A DNA stretch of 64,000 bases. Origin: Paragordius varius (taxonomy: Eukaryota > Animalia > Nematomorpha). The notes below the pieces were generated by a model, which was given only the letters and a program-made list of their open reading frames with translations, was not told where the DNA came from and ran no database searches. A program made the translations under genes and the position numbers. The stretch spans positions 6,572,001 through 6,636,000 of the forward strand of contig OZ176054.1 in NCBI GenBank assembly GCA_964247055.1, in the 5' to 3' direction. This document shows positions 1-12,900 of this stretch, in pieces (positions within the stretch are counted from its first letter, which is position 1; every line of letters starts with the position of its first letter).

Positions 1-684
1 AATATATATGCTCAATTTTTCCTTACCCCACATAATTTGGCCCAATAATTCAAAAATCTTTAGGTAAAAAACTGAGTAATCATGTATCGAATTTTATGAC
101 AAAACCTATTATGTGTAAAAATATTTTAGCTTACGTTTTTACTATTTCATTTATTTTTATTTGAACTGATTTGCCGAAAATGCCCTTTGTTTAGCTTGTT
201 AAAAACTGGATTTTTGTTGGAATTCAAACCTTATAACAATGCTTTATAAAGGATGTATAGAAACAGTTGTAAACATTACCTTTATGAATCTATATTTTAT
301 GAACGAAATTGTCCGCAATATTCAATATTTAATTAATTATTATATGAATAAAACTGTTTTTGTGCGTATATACCTTGATTTACAGAAAATGATTTGATAT
401 CCATTTTTATTCAAAACAATAGTTGTAATATATAAGGTTAATCGAAGACCCTTTAAAAATTTTTTTACTTCAAAACATTTTGATATTTTTTAGCTTTTCT
501 TATAAAAATTAATTGGTAATTTTAAGTAAAATTTTTTTTTAAGAAATAGGAATCGGTTGGAATCAATTTTATTTTTGGAGCTCGGTTTAAAATGCTACTT
601 TTTTAAATCACCTTAGATCAATTTTTTCAAGAACCAACTTGGATATTCTAACCAGGGATCTTTGAGTTACACTTTTAAGACATA

Positions 685-2125
685 CTAAGCTGAATTGTTT
701 TCTATTTTTACTTTAGGATGAATTCTGCACACTGGTAAGCATAAAATAAATTGCAAATTAGACATTTCCAAAAATGAGTGAATAAATAATACTCTAAGTG
801 TTGACAATCCGGTACATTCTTCTGATTGCGATTCAACTGTGGAACTGATCAAATCCTCTTTAATTAGTGCCCTAGCTTTAGCCGATAACCGTTTTTTCGG
901 ATTGATTGAAGTATTTGAATCTTGAGAATTATTTTTCTTTCGTTTTCGTTCGTTAGATGAAGTAGTAGAAATAGTCGTGTTTGATTTTCTACCTCTGCCA
1001 CATTTAAGTTTTTTATCAGTGTCCGAGGTATCTTGTGGAATAGAGCTGCATTTAGTATTTAAGTGATGTTGAACTGATTCGTTGTTGCTAATCAAAGTGT
1101 GATGATCTGGATTTTGATATCCTTGATATACGTTATCTTGGCTATCATAATTGTAATTAATTATATCAATTTCAATAAGTCGATCATTATCGTCATAGAG
1201 ATGTGAAAATGATGTATTTTGCCTCGGTTGTTTAACGACTTTATTTTGATAATTTGTATTATTGGGTCTGTTGTTATCTTTAGTGTCAGAATCAATATCT
1301 TCCCCCTTTTCAGGGTGTTGAAGGGAAGCTGGAGGTTTTTTACGCCGCGGTTGATACTTATAATCAGGATGCTCTTTTTTGTGAACTTTTCGCAAACGTT
1401 CGGCCTCTTCAATGAACGGTATGCGATCTTTTTCATCCAACAATCTACAAACATTAAGGAATAATTTAATTACCATAAAACCAAAAAAAAGCTTAATAGT
1501 TTTAGGTTAACTTCTTTCCCGTTTTCAAATTGTTCTTGTTTATTTTATTTATTGTCCAAATATTTTGCATATTTTACTCTTAAATTCTATACATAACTTT
1601 TTATAAAATATAATCGTTACAAAATACACTGGTTTTAATGATATGTAGCGTGTCGGCTTACACTGTGCATGCGGTGTGCCAGAGTTCAAACCCCGAAGCT
1701 GCACAATTTTTTCACTGTCAGCCCTGGGGAGGCGCGTGTATAAAGCTTTTCACAAGTCCTAATATAATTTAAGCCTTTCAATAAAAAGAAAAAATGACTC
1801 CAAACTCTATTTGAATTATTAATAGTATTTATGAGGTCATCGAATAGGGTTGCAAAGGGTAAAACCGGAATAGCGATGATTTCTAGACACTTTAAACCGG
1901 AAACATTTGTAATCCTAAAAATCTAAAAATGAAACTACCGGGGTGGTTACATTAGACCTAAAAAAGGTGTTCTCAGTATCCATTTAGAAAATAAAAAATT
2001 TTTTTATCATGAAAAAGATTAATTTTGTTAGTCAGCTGTTTAGCGTAATTTGTGTTTAGATTTCATTATTATATGGCACTAGATGCCCGAACCTCCCCAA
2101 ATAAGCATTAGATGCCCCTAACTGC

Positions 2126-2172
<47 letters not shown>

Positions 2173-5100
2173 TAATTAATTTCTGAACATTTCAAGTTAA
2201 ATTGTGTTGCACTGTTGAGTATTATTATTAATATGCTACGAAACCAGTTTAAGGTTAATTTTAATGAAGATTTTTTAATATGTTCCTTCCTATTTTCGGT
2301 ATGAAATCTTTGCCAAGTTCTTTTATTTAAATAAAGGTGTTTTTTTAACGATTAAATAATTACACAGAAAAAAGATCACTTAGTATTTTTAAATCTTTTC
2401 AAATTGACAAATGATATAATTAATTTCTAAACTTAATCTCTCCCGAAACGATCGAAATCCAATGGTTAAAATCTTAAAATAATATTTTCAATTTTATGAT
2501 TTATTAAAAATTGTATAATTTATTTTTAAAAATCTTTTATGTGTAAAACTTTGTACCTACATATTTATACTCCATTTTTCCGAATGAGGTTTCGCATTCT
2601 AGATTGTTTTAAATTCGAATATTTTATGTTTTAAGTTATTAGCCAAATTTAAAAATATGCAATATTTAGCCTTGTGAGCGCATGATTCAAAAACCAATTT
2701 TAAGAATGATAAAATTTAAAAATATCATCGCAAACTTTTTCGCCGCCATTCTTTGATTTGTTTATTACTAACACAACTGGAAAATATATGTACATTATAG
2801 TTAAAAAAGTAAATAATCAACTTTTGAAACAGTGCTATTTTAGCCCAATTTTATTTTAGAAACAGCAGTTTGTATCCATCGGGTTTCGGAGCTATCCCAA
2901 TTTAAACTATAGAAGTTAGAAAACTATAAATGAAGAAATTTTGTTTAAAACCAAGTTTTTAATTAAATAAACGAAAACAATTTTTTGTATTTGTGTAATA
3001 AATTATATTTTGGGGGAGACTAAAGCTTAAACATATAAACATACTACGGTTTTTAAAATTGTTCGGTTAAAATTCAATTATAAACATTGTTTTTCTGTTA
3101 TAAAAAAGCTTGCAATTTTCTACTTCAAATAAAAATGTTTTTAAACCTGCTCCAAATAGACAGCTGATTCAGTCAATAAATATCAAAAATTTGTTGCTCA
3201 AATGTTTTAACAGCTTTCTAAAGGTGTCTATTTACATTTTTTTAACCATAATATACATTTATTCGCCTGTTGTGTTAGCGAATTAAAAAACCACTGCTAA
3301 AAATTTGAGATGTAACTTTTTGCAATTTAAGGTTTTTCAGTTTTTAGATTATGCGATCAAAACCTAAAAAATTCACATATTTAAATTTGGCCCAATATTT
3401 TATATATATAATATTATTTAAAATCATGGGGTAAACCACCCTAAAGGTAATATGAAGTGCAATTGTGGCATTTAAATTTGAAAAAATGAAACAACGCTAA
3501 TATCACCATATTTGTAAATTTTTGGAATAGCAAATATCAAAAAAGCAAAATAATATATATGTAAGAAATTAATTTAGAAAATTTTCAAAATTAGCGGTCT
3601 TTAAGTCAAAAGTTTAGGAAAGAATTATGCAGTAGTTTACAAAACATAAATTAAAGTGCAACATATTACCTGCCAAATCAAAAAACTTTAAAAACAAAGA
3701 CGAATTCTTTGTTTGTCACAACTAAAAATGCAGTATGATTTTAAATTTTATTAGTATATTTTTTGAATGCATAAGTATGACACTACTTTTAAACTTTTAT
3801 TGATTGGAAAAGCACAGCACATATATTAACTCAAAACTGATAGAAATTTTTTTTATTATTGATTTTATTTTTTTTATAATAGAATATATGTTTAATAAAT
3901 GATTATTAATTGAAATCTTTTAACAACCAAATTAATCATCTTTGATTAACACGGCGGTCCAATGGAAAAAATTTGTAAAAATTTGATCCAACTTTAAAAA
4001 TAATTTCGAATGATGTTGTTTTTATATGTATTATTAAAATTAATATATTTGTATAATTATTTGTTAATTCTTATGACATAATATAATTTTATATTGGATT
4101 AAAAATCTAAAGGTGATAAAAAATAACCGGCTAGGAATAAAAATAATTTTATTTTAAAATATTATTATATATCCACATATTTATAGAAAAAAAATTAATT
4201 TGGCATTATGATCAAAATAATTTTATTTTAATGGTTACCTGAAAATGCAAAAATTTGAAACAAAAAAAAATAATTATTTTGTTACTTTTATGTATCATCT
4301 TTTGAAGTTTTGCTAGAAATTCCGACTTTAAACTTCCGTATTTTATTTTTTATACTTCCTTAAAACAATTTAGCAACCAAATAATTTCTTTTATATATAT
4401 TTACACAATGATAATTTAGATACAATAATGAATATTACAGCGTAAAAAGATATATTATTGGTTACTAAAGTCAATAGAAAAAATATTCCTACTTTGTGCT
4501 TAAATAGTTTAGACACACTTATATGAACCAATTATACTAAACAAACCAAAAAAGAGTATATTTGCCTACACTCAAAACCAAAATTGTCATCGTGATAATA
4601 AATTAGTCTACTAACTAAAAAGTTTTAACCCCAAAATTAAATTTTTTACAGAAGCATGCATTAAATGGAAAATTTGGGGTTAATTCTAAAAAATCATTAT
4701 TATGATTAATATTTTAATAGATGTTTAACAAGTTACTCATTAACTATAATAATAATAATAATATTTTTTTATATTTGTTGAAAGGATTTTATGAATCACA
4801 AATAAAGTGCTGTTATATGTTTGTACTTTTGTCGTGTTGTGTTTTCTATAAAAAATGTTAAAAAATTTCTTTGATCAAGTCACGTTATATGTTTTTTGTA
4901 TAGAATAAGAAAGGAAGAGTTTAATTTTTTTATATTTTTATTATCATATATAAATTTTATTTGTAAAAAATCATAGCTAAATAAATAAAAATACTAAATA
5001 TTATTATTATTATTATTAAAATTCTTTCGACTTGTTCCATGCGTCCAAAAGTGTGACCTTTTGTAATTTCAATTTAATAAATTTATATAAAATTAATTTA

Positions 5101-8100
5101 ATTGTTGTTTTGCGCTTATTTATCTTTCTATTTATAATGTTGATACTACCTTTCCCATTTTCAAACTTGTAATTTAATTTGTTGGAAGAAAAATGTTTCC
5201 AGGTAGTAAGTTAACGAGGATAAATAAATAAATTATAAACCAGCCTTTGAAAAATTAAAATCACAGTAAAAATTGGAATTATACGGACAAAACTTAAAAA
5301 TATAACGACAAATTTTTTTCAAAAGGCAACTTTACTTTTTAAAAACTTAATTTTACCCATAAAAATCATACAATCGTAAATTACATATGTGATTGTGTTA
5401 CCAATATACATCACTATTGCATACTTTTCAGTTTAAAACAATCGGTTATATTTAAAAAAAATAAACATTAAAAATGTATTATTGTCTTTTAGAAAAAAAT
5501 ATCTGTCCTTATTTTTTACGTTTTAATTTCTATTTTTACTGAAATTTTAAAAGATAAATATGAAAAAGTTCAAATGTCCAAATTAAAACCGCAATTTGCT
5601 ATACTATTGTCACCAAATTAAACTATGTCAACACCCATTTATTGTATGAAATTATATTTAATTGTTAATTTTGTCAATAAAATAAAATGCTTAAAAAATA
5701 ATTTCCTTCAGTCTTGGCTACGCACCATAAGCATGATATTTACTTATAGTGGCACAAGGATGATAATCGAGTATCTTAACCCATTTACAATTTTGTTTTT
5801 TTATCCACTGAAAAATATACCATTGTAGATGGAAAAATTTTAAAATTTTACAGATATTAAAGTTATTATCAAATAATCCCTTTCCGTTTTTAATCTTCCC
5901 TTAAACTTTTTAATGGAAAACAAATAATTTACTTCCAAAGTTTGCCTAACGTTTTGCTCAGCTCGGCATTATGGAGGTGAGGATGTTGGTCAGCTAATCG
6001 TTTTCTAGCCGCTTGGGCCCACACCATAAAAGCATTCATGGGTCTTTTAATGTGGAATTTGCGGTGTTTTAGGCTTGAACAAGACGTATGATATCCATTG
6101 CCGCCATAGTGTTGATGATAACTGTGGTTGTGATTATAACCATAATAATTTGATGCTTTACCATGAGAATGGCTACCATGAAAATTGTGATAGGAGTTGC
6201 AACTTTCATTTCTAATGGGTAATGAATGGTTTATTAAAACAATAAATTTAAAAAATGACAAAGTTTTATTTTGAGCCGTGGGAATGAATTTTTAAGCATT
6301 TCTGTGAGTCGGGTTTAATTGGCTCCGATAACTCAAATGTCATTTGGTTAAACTGCAAAAATTTAAAGCCGCGTTTTTATGGTTAAAGAATCATGATTTT
6401 GGCTCAGTAACTTTTAGAAATAACGATTTTATAAAGTTTTCTTATAAATTCAATAAGCGAATTTGGGTAGTTAACGGCTTATCTGCATAATTCTTAGTGA
6501 CACATCTATGTATATTACCAAACTAGCTTCAGTTGATCAATATTTGATTTTAAACCTATGTGCTTGTTACTAATATCGTAATAAATAAAATTAGTTGAGG
6601 CATCATTTATGGAGATTAAACCAATTTGATATTTTTAGCTTAACTCTATCTTTAACAATTTTTATATTAATGTTTTAATTTAAATATGGCACCACACTTT
6701 AATGATTGATTTTATATTTATGAAATTTTGGGAGAATATAATTTTTTAACATTTAAAAACGTTAGTTGTCATCATTGTTAGTGTTAAAAGTCTCATTGGA
6801 ATGTTGTATTTAGAACACAACTATTTAAAAGTAATTAGGGTTACTTGCATCAAAAAATTATTTAACCAAATATAATTTTATTAAAAAATAGTTTTTTCGA
6901 AAGTATAATATGCTAAAATTTTCACACCTATTCTTTGCAGAGTTGTTATAAGAAGGATGCGCAAAAGTTTTATCAAGATTAGTTTCATGTTTGCTATTAT
7001 TCTTATGTTGATCATCATGGGTGGATACTTCGGCTCCATCCTCTGCTATGAAATTATTGTTCTTAGTGTGTTCTACATCACTGTTTGGGTTATTTTGATG
7101 ATTGTGATTATGTGAAGGGGCCTGAATAGCTATAACTGACCAATCATACCCGTCTAAAAGGTTGGAAACAATATCCATAATGTGTTTTTGATGTTGACAC
7201 TCTTCATCCATTATGTCATCAGAAGACAAAAATGCGGGAGATTCCTTTGAAATGGTCGATGGTTGTTCGATTAAATTGGATGATTGTGTTTTATTTTGTA
7301 TATTATTGTACAGATTGGGTTGTGCAGAATGTTGGGGTGAACTATTCGGAGGCTCCAATCCAGCGTCTAAAAACGGGATATAAACACAGTTTTTTATGGT
7401 AAAAAATTATTTCGATTTATATTAATGTTTAAAAGATCTGATGGAATAATAGCGGAACTAAGGATAGCCAAGGAACAGTGTGTAATATAAGAAATACGAT
7501 AATTTCTTTTGTTTTAATCCCTACACTTTGATTATTTATGGATCTCAAGATATACAATACCACCACTTAAATTTTAGCGAATAACCCATAAATTATGATC
7601 AAAACGAACCATAATAGATTCATAGCTTATGTTATAGTGTAATATCCATATTTCCTAGAAAAATAAATGGGTTGATCAAAAAAGACTAAATATTTAGCAA
7701 AAAATGTTTGTGACTAGAGTATAAAATTTAATTTTCACTTTTTGGTGATTGCATCCAACTACCATGATCGTTTTTGCTATTATTTTTGCCTTGAACATAT
7801 TTTTGATTGATAAAACATTCGACATTGGAATCATTTGTATTTGAAATATTCAAGGCATCTAGTTTTTCTTTATTGATATTAGGTCCACTTTTATTACGGC
7901 TTTCATCTTTGCCAATGTTCCCATTAGGTGACGAAAAATAATTCTTAGATTTTGCCAGTGTTCCAATCGAAGTGATTTCAATCATTGATTTATCTGAGTG
8001 TTCGGAAACAAAAATCTTAGGCAAAAGCGTATAGCGCGGTTTGGGAGCATTTTTTTTTCGACCACCATCTCTACCTCTGGGATTGTTAGGGTCCATCGTT

Positions 8101-8303
8101 GTATATAAAATTAATTTTGGTTTCTTGCTTTCATTATTTTTGCTCCCATCTTCCTCTTCTTCAATATTGGCGGAATCAATCATATTATTTGTATTTGGAT
8201 TTGAATTATTTTGGAAAGGGTTTTTAACAACCACACTTGAATTGGAAATTGAATTTGTTTTAGGGAGCATAGAAGTGTCATTATAACTGTCAAAATCAAT
8301 CAT
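685..8303 (-). CDS. SoxE: SoxE-group (Sox8/9/10-like) HMG-box transcription factor, ~672 aa
   Basis: Model join(complement 8303..7763, 7366..6928, 6211..5933, 1444..685) = 2019 nt, all GT..AG with matching phases. HMG box [41 protein letters not shown]|[36 protein letters not shown] is SoxE-type, with the phase-2 intron at the conserved Sox9 position (KLW-K/R). SoxE dimerisation motif [16 protein letters not shown] lies in exon 2. Inclusion of exon 1 and the last ~40 codons is less certain than the HMG exons. Confidence 0.93.
1640..1795 (+). mobile_element. tRNA-like SINE, copy 1 (in SoxE intron 3)
   Basis: A-box-like TAGCGTGTCGG, B-box-like GAGTTCAAACC, body CACTGTCAGCCCTGGG..AAAGC..CACAAGTCC, A-rich tail. 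Confidence 0.6.
2128..2168. repeat. (TA)n microsatellite
   Basis: About 20 TA units. Similar tracts at ~8834, ~30146, ~35049, ~38100, ~58672 and ~60424. Confidence 0.95.
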
Positions 8304-8832
8304 TTCGAAAAAATAAACGATAAAAATAAAGTATATTAAGATTTCAAAGGTATTTATTGATTTGCAGAAATATAATAATTGCGCAATCGAATCGGTATAA
8401 CAATGACATAACACCTCTCATTATTGAGTAAGTTGATTAAATGACAAAAATATTATTCTTTACAGCAGGACTTTGAAAAATATTTTCCCATCTAATTATA
8501 TTTAAAAATTATAATGAGATATTCCTAGTTTTTTTCTAATCCGTAAAATATAAAGAAAATTGGTCATTATCTTTTTATTCGATGACCATATGAGACTAAT
8601 TCAAATATATAATAATTACAATGGGATAAATTGGAGAAAATATTATTTTGATTAACAAATTTATAAAAAAATATTGCCAAAAATAAATAAATTTAATTTT
8701 AATTTTTATGATAAAACTACTAACTTTTAAAATTTATATTTGTACCTATATTTTACTTTTACAAAACTTTTTTACTTGAATATGATATGATTGACATATC
8801 AACTCTATTTTTCATTTTATATTTTGTACAAT

Positions 8833-8864
<32 letters not shown>

Positions 8865-9200
8865 TATGTATATATAAATAAAAGTTAGGAATTGAGTATT
8901 GTGTCATATATCACATTATGAAAATAATAAAAAGGCAAATATATAAGTTTCTACAAAGGAAAGAAAGAAAGGAAATCCGAACAGGTCGGACGTCAAACAT
9001 TTATATATCTAATTGTGATATTTTACAAAATTATATTTTATCAAAACTAATAAATATGTAATAATTACTTTGATCGATATTTTTTTCAAATTTAGCTTTT
9101 AAACATTTATACAATAAAATAAAAAAACCATTGGAGAACAGAAAGGGAAGTCAAGGTGAGAAAGAGACAATATGGATCTTTCTATGTTGACTTTATTATA

Positions 9201-9362
9201 CAGTGGCGTATGCAGTAAAAGATTGTTAGTGCAAAATAATCTTAATGAACACAAAACAGGGGGACAATTTTCATATATTAAAGTCCTATTTATAAACATA
9301 TCCATAATATCCCCCTATTAAGATTATTTTGCACTAACAATCTTTTACTGCATACGCTACTG
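9201..9362. mobile_element. Tc1/mariner-type MITE (162 bp hairpin)
   Basis: 46-bp TIRs (9201..9246 / 9317..9362, one mismatch) starting CAGT, flanked by TA on both sides. Confidence 0.85.
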
Positions 9363-9989
9363 TATATATTAAATATAAATTTGCAAATCACCCTTTGTAA
9401 TTATGTACACTGTGTTATCTCGGTGAGAATTAAATAGGAAATTCTTCTATTTTCCACATGTATATTTATTTTATCCTGGGTCCGATATATACAGTAGTGT
9501 ATGACATAAAACAATATTAGTCCATAAAAGAATAAAAAATGTTTTTTTTTAAACAAACACGAGGATATGAATAGGTGTATCTACAACTAGGGTTGTTTTT
9601 TTTAAAAAAACATTTTTTTCTATTATGGACTAACATTGTTTTATACATTTTGTGTAAAAAATGTAGGACGTACGGGGACATTGTCTAATACCTCTTGTAT
9701 ACATGTATGTGTCTATTGAAAATCAATCACACACAATTAAATATAAATTGATAATCTATTTTTTAATAAATCTGGGAGATATCGTATAGGAAAATAGACT
9801 AAATCTTCTTATTTTTTTGCTAAAAAACGGAAGTTCCATTTTCTATAGGCAATTATGGATCCTAAAAAATAATTATATTTAATTTTGACATTTTCTACCA
9901 AATAAAAGTTTATTTAATAAAACAAAAATAAAAATTGACTACATTCTAGAACATTAAATATTCTACGTTAAGTCATTTTTATAGTAGGG

Positions 9990-12900
9990 ATGACATCTCA
10001 AACTAGAAACGGTCTATCGATCCTGATCAGGCTAAGTTCTCTATTTTGGGGTGCTTTATCGGAAATTACGGATCAGAACCAGTCAGATGGCAGCACAAGT
10101 AAAATTATGAGAAATTTATTAGGAAGTGTTAAGCTTGCCATAATGTTGAGTTACTATGGAACAATGTACCCCTAAATTTATATCATCAATACAAGTATGG
10201 CGACAATGATAGTTTGAAGAGTAATTGGTTGAATTATAAGCTTTCCCAGCTTTGTAATTACAATATAATAACTGAGAAAAACCCGATAAAGTTGGATATC
10301 GTAGCGCTATCTACACCAAATTTTGGAGAGACTAAAAAGCCCACCATTGAATTACACATTTGGCCAAAATCGATTGATACCCAGAGGCGATTATTTAGCC
10401 CTGATATTCAAACCATCTATTCGGATGACACCAAGAGAAAATTTAATTTTTACAAAACCAGTCCGTGTTTTATAGAAGGAAAAATATTTGAATGTAATGT
10501 CAAAAATATTTTGGGAGCAAATACAGACCCTTGTCCTAAACCTTTATCTCAAAACAGTGTGGTGTCAGTTACCTTAGAAACCAATTATTTGGTATATGTT
10601 TGATTATAAACTACAAACTTGTGCGAAAATGGATGCGGTTTTTATAGAAACATTTTTTGCCCTAAAAGAAAATAATATAATACCTATGTATCATAGCTTA
10701 ATATGTTTACTAATCAATCAAAAATTACCAATAATAAAAGCTAATGAAACCTAAATAAGGGATAATTAATATCTAAAACTTTGTGCCTGGACAGCTCTCA
10801 ATGATATCCCGATATTTAGATCATTGAATCATTATATTTTTTGTATGTATTTTTTATTCTCAGTTTTTACAAATCTTTTTAATAAAACGGATTGACCAGA
10901 CAACAACTAGTAAACTATATAAGCTTTATTGTAATGGTAATGAACGGATTGGTTATGTTTTGTAATAACAGTTGTTAAAATCCGTAATATAATGATAAAG
11001 GATAATTAAATACAATTAAATGAAATTATAAATAGAAATTATAAACGATATGTGAAAACCCTTCGTCAATAGTAATCGAGTGCTTCTTAGTTATTAAATT
11101 GATTTCTATGAAATCCCTAAGTAGCTATACTCTAAATCTAGGCTCACCCCTAGAGTTAATTTTCAGTTTATTTTCAAATTTTCAGTTTAATTTTCATTTA
11201 CATTAAATTTAATTTAAATTCGTATAACCAACTGCATTTATACCGAAATTGCAAAGTTGGATATATATACGAAATCGATATGTGAAAACTCCAAGTCAAA
11301 TAGTTGTGTCGTACTGATGAGTGCTAACAAGCACGAAACTAGTCTGCGATTACTATTGACGAAGGGTTTTCACATATCGTTTATAATTTCTATTTATAAT
11401 TTCATTTAATTGTATTTAATTATCCTTTATCATTATATAAGCTTTAGTTTGTTAATTATAAAAAATAACAAAATTAAGGATAAAATTAATAAAAATGGAC
11501 TTGAATCAACGTAGCCTTTCCACAGAACAATGTAAAGATCGTAATTTATGGAGGAAATTACTGATACAAAACTCCGAATAGGAGTCCTAATATTATCCAT
11601 CCATATACACTTATTTCACAATCTTGCATTTTTGATATTTTTTTAGAATTTGAATTTATACGTATTTTATTATTTAGGATGTTGTTATCCATACACCGCA
11701 ACTTAGATTACATACAAAACCAAATTTAAACGGTCACGACCCATATGGCACTTTTATCATGTGTGGTATCTCTGTTTCAGATACTTCCAATTACGATGAA
11801 GTCTCGCAAATTAACATTTTGATTGCTGACAAAGGTAAAGTTTCAACATTTTTCTTGCAAATCGAAATTTTAATCCATTATTTATTTTAAATGTGATTTG
11901 GATAAAACAATCGTTTTCATTAATTGTTTTATATTTGGTGTAATTATTTATTATTTAAATTGTTAGTGAGATCGCAACATCTATTTGCTATTTCATCAGG
12001 ATTTTATTTGTTACCTAAAGTCCCGCGCGCAAAAAATATCATGAAAGCTGTATCTAATTTATTAGTGTTGCTTTTAATTTAGGATGAAATATTTTTTCGA
12101 ATTAGCAAATAATCATAATGAAAACAAAATTTTTATTTTAAAATAGCTAAGTAACCGTTTAAATCATCTAGCTTTTCTAAAATGCATGCTAAATAGCTGA
12201 GCTTGTGCGATAGGAATTTTTAATATATGCTAGATATCATCAATATAAGAATGCATTTAGTGAAATTCGGGCTACTACATGCTGAAAACGGTCGAAAAAA
12301 CCATTCCTTCATTATTCCATGCCGCCAAATCTATTACCTTAGATATTATTTTTTGGATTAAGCATTTCCTAAATAAATTTATTTAAAAAAATAAACTTAA
12401 ATTCCAACAAGAATATAAATCTGCAAAATTGAACGAAATCTCTTCATAATATCAAACTTTTTAATAAAAAAATATTTTTAATTATTAAAAATAAAGGAAA
12501 ACTAGATTTGAAGCGTTCCGATACAAGTACCAAAGATAACCATGGAAATGAAAATGCACAGGGTCTACCCGATGGCCCACTTACAATGAGCCTGGCAATA
12601 TATATGGATGTTTATGCTTTCAAAAATATCCATCATCTCGGAAATGAAAAGTTGGCTATGCGATACATTTACATTGAAATGAATAGAATTGACTCTCTAT
12701 TCCATCACCCTTCACTAGGGTATGTAATGTTATTGTGTTATTAGCAATAATTGGAAAAAGCCCAAATTCGGTTAAATTTTTTAAGTAGCAAAATCATGCT
12801 AAAATTTGGTCCATAATTTTATTTCATTAAACAAACACAAGCTTTATCAAACTTCACATGAAAATATTTAACAAAACATTATTGTTTTTAATGTAATATC

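Noticed and set aside
732-792. Possible 61-nt GT..AG intron near the SoxE C-terminus
   Set aside because: Splicing it gives a stop 7 codons later and no recognisable motif; cannot be decided without transcripts, so it is left out of the model.
1161-1464. ORFs 1161..1454 (-) and 1219..1464 (+)
   Set aside because: Alternative-frame or antisense shadows of the SoxE exon 4 coding sequence.
8041-8286. ORF 8041..8286 (+) and similar hydrophobic ORFs at 17403..17585 and 60865..61119
   Set aside because: Antisense to real exons; the hydrophobicity comes from the reverse complement of Asn/Lys/Gln codons.
9099-9305. ORF 9099..9305 (-)
   Set aside because: Runs through the MITE hairpin; no coding signal.
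10006-10135. Protein-looking frame KRSIDPDQAKFSILGCFIGNYGSEPVRWQHK, in frame with the prodomain but bracketed by TAG/TAA, suggesting stop-codon reassignment
   Set aside because: TAA, TAG and TGA all terminate genes normally elsewhere in the window, and a 35-nt phase-1 intron from the signal-peptide frame explains the region.
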